From positions 1-50,022 of the IMG/VR virus record IMGVR_UViG_3300033067_000168: 50,022 nucleotides of DNA, one strand, 5' to 3'. Numbering within the stretch: position 1 is the stretch's first letter; each line of letters starts with the position of its first letter. Made by a program: the position numbers and the translations under genes. The DNA is from a virus (taxonomy: Duplodnaviria; Caudoviricetes). Positions 27,775-36,277 of this stretch are shown here, one piece after another. The notes below the pieces were generated by a model that saw only the letters and a program-made list of their open reading frames with translations, did not search any database and had not been told where the DNA came from.

Positions 27775-29843
27775 TCCAATTTAAGAATATTACCCTTCGC
27801 AACTTTCTATCAATCGGACAAGTAACACAAGCAGTATCATTTGACAAACAAGACTTAACACTAATTCTAGGTGAGAACTTAGACTTAGGTGGTGATGGTG
27901 CTCGTAATGGTACCGGTAAGACTACGTTGATTCAGGGTCTAGCATACGCATTGTTCGGTAACCCCATCAATGACATTCGTAAAGATAACTTAGTTAACCG
28001 CACGAATGGTAAGAACATGCTGGTTACGTTAGAATTCAGTGCGAACGGTAAAGAATACAAAATTGAGCGGGGTCGCAAGCCTAACGTGTTGAAGTTCTAC
28101 GTTGACAATCAACTACAAAAGCAAGAAGATACAGCGCAAGGCGAGAACAAAGAAACTCAAGCAGAGATTGAGAAAGTAATTCACATGTCACGTGACATGT
28201 TTACCCACATCGTTGCGTTGAACACTTACACTCAACCATTCTTAGCGTTAAAGAACAACGAGCAACGAGAGATTATCGAACAACTATTGGGTATCACTTT
28301 GCTTTCTGAGAAGGCAGAAGGTATCAAAGAGTTGATGAAGTCTGTTAAGGATGATATTCAATCAGAAGAATTCAAAGTTAAAGCAATCGAAGAAGCCAAC
28401 AAACGTGTTAACGAACAGATTAATAGTTTAAAGCGCCGCAGTAGTTTGTGGAAGGCAAAATACGACAGTGATTTAGCTTATCTAGTTGACACCTACGATA
28501 CATTGGCTAAGATTGATATCGGTGCTGAACTAATCGCACACAAAGAACTATCAATTTGGAACGAGCACAAGAAGCAAAAAGATACATACGATGCCTTAGT
28601 TGCTCGTCAAATTGCTTGGCAACAAAAACAAGATTCTGATATTCATAAATTAGAAAACGAAACAATCAAGTTAAGCAGGATTGATATCGTTGCTGAGATT
28701 CTTGCACACCGTCAACTAGCAGAACACAATTTAAAGCAAAAAGAGTTGGATGACCGTGACAAAGAACTTGCACGTTTAACTAAGGACATCGATAAGGAAG
28801 ACAAGCTAATCAAAAAGCTAGAACTCGAAATCGAAAAATTAGAGGCTCACACTTGCTATGCTTGCGGTCAAGACTTCCATGATGATGCTCACAAAGAGGT
28901 TTTAGATGGCAAGCAAGAAATGCTGCGTGAAGCACGTTCACATTCCACAGCTTTATTGAATCAATGGAACGAATTACGTGCTGTTGAAATCTTTGTTCCA
29001 GAAAAGCCAAAGACACATTACAACACAGAAGCAGAAGCAATTCGTCACGGCGGTGACTTAGAAAACATTCGCACAAAGATTTTAGAAAAAGAAGCAGAGG
29101 CTGATCCATATTGTGAACAACTAAAAGAAATGAACGTTGTAGATTTAGGTCCTCAGCCGAAAACACACTATGACACAGAATCTAAGGCAATTGAGCATCG
29201 TAGCAAAGTAGCAACTATCGAACAACAAATTGAACAGAAAGCAACTGAGACTGACCCATACACAGAACAAATTACTGAAATGGAAAATCAAGCATTGCAA
29301 ACTATCAACTTTGATAAAATCAATCAGTTGACAAAGAAGATGGAACATCAAAAGTTCTTGCTTGACTTATTGACTAGCAAAGATTCGTTTGTTCGTAAAA
29401 AGATTATCGACCAGAACTTGAGTTACTTGAACTCACGCTTAACACATTACCTCGATAAGATTGGTTTACCACACAATGTCGTCTTTAAGAACGACTTGAG
29501 CGTTGAGATTACAGAATTAGGTCGTGAACTCGACTTTGATAACTTGTCTCGCGGTGAACGCAATCGTTTGATTCTAGGTTTGAGTTTTGCATTCCGTGAT
29601 GTTTGGGAGAACTTGTATGTTCCTATCAATACGTTGTTCATTGACGAATTGATTGATTCAGGTATGGACACAATGGGTGTTGAAAACTCTATTGCGATTC
29701 TAAAAGACTTATCTCGTACTCGTAACAAGAGTGTTTGGCTCGTTTCACACCGTGAGGAACTCGCAGGAAGAGTACCTTCAGTGTTGAAAGTAGTCAAAGA
29801 GAACGGTTTTACGTCATATAACACTGCTACTGATATAGAATAA
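27771..29843 (+). CDS. gp46: Recombination ATPase subunit, Rad50/SbcC-like
   Basis: Walker A NGTGKTT, zinc hook CYAC, signature LSRGE, Walker B LFIDE, H-loop VSH, long coiled coils. Confidence 0.95.
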   Translation: MIQFKNITLRNFLSIGQVTQAVSFDKQDLTLILGENLDLGGDGARNGTGKTTLIQGLAYALFGNPINDIRKDNLVNRTNGKNMLVTLEFSANGKEYKIERGRKPNVLKFYVDNQLQKQEDTAQGENKETQAEIEKVIHMSRDMFTHIVALNTYTQPFLALKNNEQREIIEQLLGITLLSEKAEGIKELMKSVKDDIQSEEFKVKAIEEANKRVNEQINSLKRRSSLWKAKYDSDLAYLVDTYDTLAKIDIGAELIAHKELSIWNEHKKQKDTYDALVARQIAWQQKQDSDIHKLENETIKLSRIDIVAEILAHRQLAEHNLKQKELDDRDKELARLTKDIDKEDKLIKKLELEIEKLEAHTCYACGQDFHDDAHKEVLDGKQEMLREARSHSTALLNQWNELRAVEIFVPEKPKTHYNTEAEAIRHGGDLENIRTKILEKEAEADPYCEQLKEMNVVDLGPQPKTHYDTESKAIEHRSKVATIEQQIEQKATETDPYTEQITEMENQALQTINFDKINQLTKKMEHQKFLLDLLTSKDSFVRKKIIDQNLSYLNSRLTHYLDKIGLPHNVVFKNDLSVEITELGRELDFDNLSRGERNRLILGLSFAFRDVWENLYVPINTLFIDELIDSGMDTMGVENSIAILKDLSRTRNKSVWLVSHREELAGRVPSVLKVVKENGFTSYNTATDIE

Positions 29844-29865
29844 TTTACGGGCACGTAGTCGTTAG

Positions 29866-29873
29866 TATAAGTA
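29866..29873 (+). promoter_or_regulatory. Possible variant late promoter (TATAAGTA), 5 nt upstream of the resolvase ATG
   Basis: TATAAGTA-ATTGT-ATG; same 5-nt spacing as the TAAATA sites; no SD. Confidence 0.45.
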
Positions 29874-29878
29874 ATTGT

Positions 29879-30418
29879 ATGTCATCACCACAGAAAAACA
29901 AAGGATCAGGTTACGAGAGAGAAGTTGCAAAATTTCTCTCTGAGACTTACGGGGAATCGTTCATTCGTGCCCCTGGATCCGGCGCTTATGTGGGTGGCAA
30001 GAATCAAGCAAGAACCCAATTCTTGCACGAAGGTCAGATTCGTTCATTTAAAGGCGATATTGTCCCAGGACAATCGTTTACTAAGATGAATATCGAATGC
30101 AAATTCTATGCTGACTTTCCGTGGCACTTAACTCTTACTGGTGAGTGTAAACAACTTGATTCGTGGCTAGAGCAGCTACTTGATGTAGAAGACGAAGGTG
30201 ATTTGAACATCCTTTTTATGAAGTTCAATCGCAAAGGTCAATACGTTGCAGTCCAAGGTAAGCACACATGGGTTGCTGATACCTGTATTCTATACAGCAG
30301 CAAAAAATGGGGCGATTGGATTATCATGGAGCACTCTAGCTTCTTCAAAAACAATACAGACTTAGTAAAACTATATTCTTGTACAACATCAGACACCACG
30401 TCAAAACAAAAATCTTAA
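29879..30418 (+). CDS. Holliday junction resolvase, PD-(D/E)XK (Hjc-like) nuclease
   Basis: KNKGSGYEREVAK.L...RAPGSGA...GDI...IECK matches the Hjc-type E...PD...ExK catalytic pattern; adjacent to gp46/gp47. Confidence 0.8.
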   Translation: MSSPQKNKGSGYEREVAKFLSETYGESFIRAPGSGAYVGGKNQARTQFLHEGQIRSFKGDIVPGQSFTKMNIECKFYADFPWHLTLTGECKQLDSWLEQLLDVEDEGDLNILFMKFNRKGQYVAVQGKHTWVADTCILYSSKKWGDWIIMEHSSFFKNNTDLVKLYSCTTSDTTSKQKS

Positions 30419-30440
30419 CTTAATTAAAATAAAAATTCGC

Positions 30441-30800
30441 AGGCTGTGCTGACAGTCCTCCTTGAGATTGCTTTGAAAGTTACAAGCCGTCAGATTCTGG
30501 AGTATGCTTATTAGTAATAATAAGGAACACCGAGAAGGCAATCGACAAAAGCGAACCTTCAATGAGTCTATATCTACTCTATCTTGATGATATAGAACAT
30601 GCGTTTCTGAACTGAAACACCATAAAACAATGTGCGTAAGTTCAACTACAGACCAAAAACTTTACAGGGGAACCGGTGGCGTTCAATAGCACAAAGAAGC
30701 TGATTGAACGGGTACAGATAGCAAGGATGACGGGCATGGCAAATCCCTTTACCATTGGTAGTGCTTGAATAGCACTACCATGGCTTCAAAGCGGCAATAT
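30441..30800 (+). ncRNA. Candidate large structured non-coding RNA, family unrecognised
   Basis: No ORF of 60 aa or more; nested long-range helices GCTTTGAA(30470-77)/TTCAAAGC(30785-92) and CCGTCA(30487-92)/TGACGG(30728-33) enclose at least five hairpins, one with a GNRA (GTAA) loop. Confidence 0.6.
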
Positions 30801-30868
30801 GTTCTCCGTATATAATGTTAAAGATAAGAATATATTCCGATACAAATAACATTTAAAAGACTATCCGA

Positions 30869-30924
30869 ACTTAACTTCTGAGCGAAGCGAAGAATTAAGT
30901 GAAGGAAGATGAGCGAAGCTCATC
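30869..30924. repeat. Two stem-loops each carrying TGAGCGAAGC
   Basis: TGAGCGAAGC at 30879-30888 and 30910-30919; the second is the perfect hairpin GATGAGC-GAA-GCTCATC. Confidence 0.75.
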
Positions 30925-30977
30925 AGTTAGTGTATCCCTTAGATAAATGAAATACTACGGGATGATAGACCGAACAA

Positions 30978-31207
30978 TTAGAAGAACGGCAACTTACTAG
31001 TTTTAGTTGTTTCCATGTTATCTTCGATAATCTTACTGATAGTTTCTCTTTCAGTAATCGATAGGTTTAGGATATCCGTGTAGGATATCCCTCCTCGCAT
31101 ATACCAAGACATACGTAAGGAATCAGCTTTGATGCGAGAGCAATCTTGCTCCATCTGATTAATAAGGCTCCCTATTTCCGCTGCATCAAGGGAAAGAAGC
31201 CTTAGTC
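30978..31207 (-). CDS. gp51-like baseplate/tail assembly chaperone segment, probably expressed as a -1 frameshift extension of the upstream gene
   Basis: Not in the ORF track. The frame reads RLRLLSLDAAEIGSLINQ-MEQDCSRIKADSLRMSWYMRGGISYTDILNLSITERETISKIIEDNMETTKTSKLPFF* (TAA 30980-30978); in-frame ATG at 31154 would give 58 aa. Confidence 0.75.
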
Positions 31208-32029
31208 GAAAAAATCAGATGCGTTGATACTAAAACCTTGACTAAATTCATGCGTACAATGCGGGCATGTAATGTCAAGTGGTTTGTTCATCGTTGATTC
31301 ACGTAAAGCAACACTATGGTCACGGATCTTATCGTACTCTTGCTTGCCTACATTCTTTAAGAACTCTAGAATGAATTCTCTTTCCATTACAGTCGCAGTT
31401 GGTACTTTGACGTATTCAATTGAAGCAGCAATCAATTGAGTAGCTAACGTATTGATAGACGCCATAACGTCCTGAACTTTAGCTGACTTCACATCGCCCT
31501 CTTCCATTGCCAATACATTTTGCAATGACTTTTGAATTTGGAATTGACCCATGTTTGCTTCGTTAGTCTCTTTGTACATCAACGGTCTAAACTTGATGAT
31601 AACATCATTAGTAACTTGCAATGGGGTTTGATAGTCACCTGGTTTAAACCCTGCCAAGATTGCAGGTAAGTTAACATCGAACTTTGAAGTCTCAGTACAT
31701 GATGGACATTCTGTTTCAATTTCCATAGTGCTTCCGTGAGTTGCAGTTCGGATAGCAACTAAGATTGGATCCAAGTCAACGTTGTTGATTACCCAAGGGT
31801 TTTTGATATTAGGAACGCAACTTTTTATGATATCAACTACTGCTGAACCGTTGAATAATGCATCAGGGGTGCGACTTGTAATCTCATCGATTGCAGTCAT
31901 TGGATAGATAGGGAATTCACCGTTTTCTGGCATCTCTACATCATTCGGTGAGTAGCTAACTCCACCTGATGGAAGTTTGATATAGACTCCTGGTCTACGG
32001 AAATATTGTTTTAATGGATTGTCTGACAT
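31202..32029 (-). CDS. Baseplate hub assembly chaperone, T4 gp26/gp51 family
   Basis: 275 aa; YIKLPSGG..Y, PMTAIDEI, AIRTATHG and two CxxC pairs (CPSC, CPHC); ends ASDFFD; AGGAG RBS. Confidence 0.8.
   Translation of the reverse strand: MSDNPLKQYFRRPGVYIKLPSGGVSYSPNDVEMPENGEFPIYPMTAIDEITSRTPDALFNGSAVVDIIKSCVPNIKNPWVINNVDLDPILVAIRTATHGSTMEIETECPSCTETSKFDVNLPAILAGFKPGDYQTPLQVTNDVIIKFRPLMYKETNEANMGQFQIQKSLQNVLAMEEGDVKSAKVQDVMASINTLATQLIAASIEYVKVPTATVMEREFILEFLKNVGKQEYDKIRDHSVALRESTMNKPLDITCPHCTHEFSQGFSINASDFFD
31208..31214 (-). other. Slippery heptamer T-TTT-TTC, putative programmed -1 ribosomal frameshift site
   Basis: GAT TTT TTC GAC TAA: an X XXY YYZ heptamer in the correct phase, one codon before the stop; the -1 frame is open for 76 further codons. 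Confidence 0.75.
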
Positions 32030-32057
32030 AGTTCTCCTAAATTGCTGGTTTTATTGC

Positions 32058-32084
32058 ACTAAATACTATTAACCCATATTTAGT
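32058..32084. promoter_or_regulatory. Face-to-face pair of late-promoter motifs (ACTAAATA on each strand)
   Basis: ACTAAATA(32058-65)-N11-TATTTAGT(32077-84) in the 67-nt gap between divergent genes. Confidence 0.65.
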
Positions 32085-32096
32085 AGGTAAAAACCA

Positions 32097-34478
32097 ATGT
32101 CAGACATTTCCAAAGAAACCATAGTTGAGATTGTTGAAGCGATGCAAACCGCAAAACAAGCGCAGGATGACCTTACTGTAAAGAACAGAGAAGCCAAAGA
32201 ACAGGCGGAAAAAAGTGCGGATGCGTTGAAACGATTAGCTGGTTCTGCTGGTACTTTTATGAAGACCATGACAGATGCAAGTCAGGGCACTGGTAAATAC
32301 GCACAAGCTACTACATCCGCTGCAAACGCTGCCGGAGATTTAGTCGGTAAATTTGGTCCATTGGGCGCCGCAGTAGGCGCAGTTATCAAAGTTTTTGGTG
32401 GACTAGTTGGGGCAAGTTTAAAGCAGAATGATGCGTTAATTAAGACATATCGTGATTTCAGTAAAGTTGGTGTAAACTATAGCACCAGCATGAAAGATGT
32501 TCTAAAAGACCTACAACAGTTTGGGGTAGGTGTTGAAGAAGCGTCAAAACTTACTGAAATGTTGAACAAAGTTAGTCCTGAACTAGCAATGTTAGGTAAT
32601 ACTGCTGGTGCAGGTCAACGTAAATTAGGTGAAGTATTCAACAAAACGTTAGGTGATACCGAAGCTCGTTTGATGCAGTTAGGTTATACTACTGATGATA
32701 TGAGAGAGCATTCTGCTCAGTATTTGGCAAGCGAATCGCTTAACTCTCGTATTAGAAGTAAAACATCACAGCAACTAAATGCTGAAACGGTTACGTACAT
32801 GCAAACTCTTTCAGAATTGAGTATGTTAACTGGTGAGAGTCGTGATGCGTTAGAAAAAGAACGTAGACAGCAAGAAAATGATTTGCGTTTCCAAATGTAT
32901 CTAAACACATTAGATGATAACGCTAGAGAAAATGCTAGAACAATGATATTGGGCTACGCAAAAGTATACGGTAAAGATGCATCTGATGGTATGAAATCTT
33001 TGCTAGTTAACCAAGGTAGAGTTGTTGACCAATTTGGTGCTACTGCATATCAACTTATCGGTGATAAAGGTGTTCGCGGTGCGATGAGCACCTTGAACCA
33101 AACAGGTGATGCCGCAGAAGCAACGTTCCATCATCTTAAAGATGTTGCTCCTAGAATTTCTCAGAGTTTCAAAACATTCAGTCCTACAATTGCTACATCA
33201 AACGATGCATTGAAGGCTTTGGGTCTTAATATTCAAACATATCGCGGCGCCATGATGATGGAAGGCAAAGACCGCAAAACATTTGAAGAAATGCGCCAAC
33301 AAGTAGAACAGCAAGCAACTGACGACAGATTGGGTTCAGCCGCATCGATTACTCAAGCTGAACGTGAAGTAAGAAATGCATTTGAAACTTTAACTTATAT
33401 GGTAGGAACAGGTGCAGTTGCAAGTATAAAAACTTTAGCTACAGTTGGGAATGAGTTTGCTAGAATTATGGCAAAGGTTGTATCATGGTTTGGTGGTCCA
33501 GACTTGACAGATGCATTTACCCAAATTAATGACTTAGAAGATGCTGCCCGAGTACAAACAGAACAAACTGAAAAGTTAAACAGATTAAAAAAAGAAGAAA
33601 TTGAGATACAAAAAGAAATCCTTGCTAATGAGGAATTTGTAAAAAGTCATCCGAATGCTGAAGGTGTAAAAGCTGATATTAAAGACCTCAGACAAAAACT
33701 TCAAAGTAATAGAACATCTCAAACATCTTCACAGTCAAACATTGACCGAGCAAAAGAAGCAGCTACTAACCCTGCAATGATTGAAGGCAGGTCAGCAGCT
33801 CCTGCTAATTACCAACGTAGAAATACTGACGTTGGTTCTTCTCAGTTAAGTGAGTTGTTTGCATTCGGTAGTGATTCTGGTAGTTTAGAAAGTTTCCAAA
33901 GATTAAACCCTGCAATGCAGGACAAGCTAATTTCTGCTGCCAAAGAACTACAAGGCTCTGGTAAGAAACTAAAACTAAACAGTGCGGTTAGGTCTTCTGA
34001 AAAGCAAAAGCAATTATATGATGATTACGTATCAGGTAAATCAAAACTACCTGCAGCCCCTCCTGGAACTAGTTTGCATGAAAAAGGTTTAGCAGTAGAC
34101 ATTCAAAACTATGACGATGCGCAAGTATTAGAAGTATTGAGAAGAAACGGCTTAGTAAACCCAATTGCAGGTGACAAGCCGCACTTCATTATGGGTGCAA
34201 GAACCGGTGGTGTTTTCAGCGGACCTGAATCTGGATACAATGTTGAGTTGCATGGTAAAGAAGCAATCGTACCATTGGCATCTTCTCAGGGAATGGCTGA
34301 CGAGGTTACTAAACATGCACTAACTTCCTCAATGTCTTCCAACTCAACAAGCACATTATCTGCGGACATGTTTATGCGTAGAATAGCAGATATGCTGGAC
34401 GCTAGACTAACTGATGTAGTAGACGAACTACGTAGATCCAACTATACACAAGATAAAATATTGTCTGCTGCGAAATAA
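32097..34478 (+). CDS. Tape-measure-like protein with a C-terminal peptidase M15-type (LAS) peptidoglycan hydrolase domain
   Basis: 793 aa, mostly helical and Ala/Gln-rich; SAVRS..KQ..LY...AAPPGTSLHEKGLAVDI...DKPHF gives the SxHxxGxAxD and distal His ligands; then GGVFSGP.SGY.VELHGKEAIVPL; adjacent to the chaperone gene. Confidence 0.75.
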   Translation: MSDISKETIVEIVEAMQTAKQAQDDLTVKNREAKEQAEKSADALKRLAGSAGTFMKTMTDASQGTGKYAQATTSAANAAGDLVGKFGPLGAAVGAVIKVFGGLVGASLKQNDALIKTYRDFSKVGVNYSTSMKDVLKDLQQFGVGVEEASKLTEMLNKVSPELAMLGNTAGAGQRKLGEVFNKTLGDTEARLMQLGYTTDDMREHSAQYLASESLNSRIRSKTSQQLNAETVTYMQTLSELSMLTGESRDALEKERRQQENDLRFQMYLNTLDDNARENARTMILGYAKVYGKDASDGMKSLLVNQGRVVDQFGATAYQLIGDKGVRGAMSTLNQTGDAAEATFHHLKDVAPRISQSFKTFSPTIATSNDALKALGLNIQTYRGAMMMEGKDRKTFEEMRQQVEQQATDDRLGSAASITQAEREVRNAFETLTYMVGTGAVASIKTLATVGNEFARIMAKVVSWFGGPDLTDAFTQINDLEDAARVQTEQTEKLNRLKKEEIEIQKEILANEEFVKSHPNAEGVKADIKDLRQKLQSNRTSQTSSQSNIDRAKEAATNPAMIEGRSAAPANYQRRNTDVGSSQLSELFAFGSDSGSLESFQRLNPAMQDKLISAAKELQGSGKKLKLNSAVRSSEKQKQLYDDYVSGKSKLPAAPPGTSLHEKGLAVDIQNYDDAQVLEVLRRNGLVNPIAGDKPHFIMGARTGGVFSGPESGYNVELHGKEAIVPLASSQGMADEVTKHALTSSMSSNSTSTLSADMFMRRIADMLDARLTDVVDELRRSNYTQDKILSAAK

Positions 34479-34483
34479 AAATT

Positions 34484-34491
34484 GATAAATA
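34484..34491 (+). promoter_or_regulatory. Putative late promoter (GATAAATA), 7 nt upstream of the portal ATG
   Basis: GATAAATA-TAACACT-ATG; no SD. Confidence 0.7.
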
Positions 34492-34498
34492 TAACACT

Positions 34499-36262
34499 AT
34501 GACTTATAAAAAGCGTTTCTCCAACCCAACTGGTCAACTAAGTCCTATTTCTGGAGTGAATAGCAACGGCGGCTCTTGGAATAGCGGCGCAGTTACTAAC
34601 CAAAGCACACAACAATTTGGCTACAAGAACTATCAAAGCCGTCTTCCCGAAGTATACACAGGTCACCCAAACCGTATTGAGCGATATAACCAATATGAAA
34701 TGATGGACGTTGATGCGGAAATCAACGCATGTTTAGATATTATTGCTGAGTTTAGTACTCAGAAAAATGAACAAAATAACACACCATTCGAAGTAATCTT
34801 TAACGAAGATCCTACTCCCCATGAAGTTGAACTAATCAAAAAGCAACTTCAACAGTGGTGTAAATTGAACGAGTTCGAGACTCGTATGTTTAAAATATTC
34901 CGTAATGCAATCAAATACGGTGACCAAATTTTTGTACGTGACCCAGAGAACTTTAAGATATATTGGGTAGACATGGTCAAGGTAATCAAAGTTATTGTTA
35001 ACGAATCTGAAGGTAAGAAACCTGAACAGTATGTTATCAAAGACTTAAACCCTAATTTACAAAACCTATCAATCGCTGAAAAAGTTTCAAACGATTTTGC
35101 TACTAACCCTGCAACGGGATTCGGTGGCGCAGGTGGCGCAGGAGCATCTCAGGGATATACTATTCCAAATCAACAATCTACATCAGGTTCACGTTTTGGT
35201 CTATCTCAGAATGAGTCTGCGATTGATTCAAAGCATGTGTTGCATTTATCATTAACTGAAGGTCTTGACCGCTTCTGGCCGTTCGGACAATCTGTGCTTG
35301 AAAACATCTTTAAAGTATATAAACAAAAAGAATTGTTAGAAGATGCGATTCTAATCTATCGCATATCTCGTGCCCCAGAGCGCAGAGTATTTAAAATTGA
35401 CGTTGGTAATATGCCAAGTCACATGGCTATGGCTTTTGTTGATAGAGTTAAGAACGAAATTCACCAACGTAGAATTCCATCAAGTCAAGGTGGTGCATCA
35501 GTTATGGATGCAACATACAACCCATTGTCAATGAACGAAGATTACTTCTTCCCAGTCACTGCTGACGGTCGTGGTTCTGATGTAACTACATTAGCAGGTG
35601 GTGCTAACTTGGGTGAGATTGATGACTTGCGTTACTTTAATAACAGATTGGCACGCGGTTTACGTGTTCCTTCAAGTTACTTACCTCAAGGTCCTGAAGA
35701 CAATCCTACTCCGTTGAGTGACGGTCGTGTCGGTACTGCGATGATTCAAGAATTCCGTTTCAACGAATATTGCAAACGCCTGCAAAACTATATCGGTCAG
35801 AAGTTGAATGACGAATTCAAGCTATTCATGCGCTGGAGAGGTCTAAACATCGACTCTGGATTATTTGATATCAAGTTCAACAATCCACAAAACTTTGCAT
35901 CTTATCGTCAATCAGAGTTGGATAATGCAAGAGTATCAGTGTTTCAGGCAATGGAAGCATTTCCGTACATCAGTAAGCGTTTTGCAATGCAACGTTTCTT
36001 AGGATTGACTGAAACTGAGATTGAAGAAAACTCTAAAATGTGGTTTGAAGAACGTGAAGAAAGTTCTGCGGAAGATCCACAAGGCAGTGACTTGCGTAGT
36101 ATTGGTATTAGCTCAAGTGATTTGGATAGCGATTTGGAAGTTGGTGATGAACTTGAAAATGCTGACCAAGACATGAATGCAGATGGTATGGAACCAACGC
36201 CGGGCGTTGCAGGTCCAGAAGCTATGCCTGCAGGCGGTGGTGTTCCACCCCCACCTATGTAA
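34499..36262 (+). CDS. gp20: Portal vertex protein
   Basis: LLEDAILIYRISRAPERRVFKIDVGNMP, SMNEDYFFP, TTLAGGANLGEIDD..YF...L.RGLRVPSSYL are T4 gp20-family motifs. Confidence 0.95.
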   Translation: MTYKKRFSNPTGQLSPISGVNSNGGSWNSGAVTNQSTQQFGYKNYQSRLPEVYTGHPNRIERYNQYEMMDVDAEINACLDIIAEFSTQKNEQNNTPFEVIFNEDPTPHEVELIKKQLQQWCKLNEFETRMFKIFRNAIKYGDQIFVRDPENFKIYWVDMVKVIKVIVNESEGKKPEQYVIKDLNPNLQNLSIAEKVSNDFATNPATGFGGAGGAGASQGYTIPNQQSTSGSRFGLSQNESAIDSKHVLHLSLTEGLDRFWPFGQSVLENIFKVYKQKELLEDAILIYRISRAPERRVFKIDVGNMPSHMAMAFVDRVKNEIHQRRIPSSQGGASVMDATYNPLSMNEDYFFPVTADGRGSDVTTLAGGANLGEIDDLRYFNNRLARGLRVPSSYLPQGPEDNPTPLSDGRVGTAMIQEFRFNEYCKRLQNYIGQKLNDEFKLFMRWRGLNIDSGLFDIKFNNPQNFASYRQSELDNARVSVFQAMEAFPYISKRFAMQRFLGLTETEIEENSKMWFEEREESSAEDPQGSDLRSIGISSSDLDSDLEVGDELENADQDMNADGMEPTPGVAGPEAMPAGGGVPPPPM

Positions 36263-36264
36263 AT

Positions 36265-36272
36265 GATAAATA
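36265..36272 (+). promoter_or_regulatory. Putative late promoter (GATAAATA), 5 nt upstream of the ATG at 36278
   Basis: GATAAATA-ATAGT-ATG. Confidence 0.65.
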
Positions 36273-36277
36273 ATAGT

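Noticed and set aside
30419-30977. Group I/II intron, tmRNA, RNase P RNA or tRNA as the identity of the structured gap
   Set aside because: No interrupted gene flanks it, and I found no group I P7 pair, group II domain V, RNase P GAGGAAAGTCC, or tRNA-like T-arm/CCA end on either strand by eye. A covariance-model search is still needed.
27771-36262. Inteins or homing endonucleases in gp46, portal or neighbouring genes
   Set aside because: The extra length of gp46 is explained by coiled-coil repeats; no intein splice-junction, LAGLIDADG, HNH or GIY-YIG motifs were recognised.
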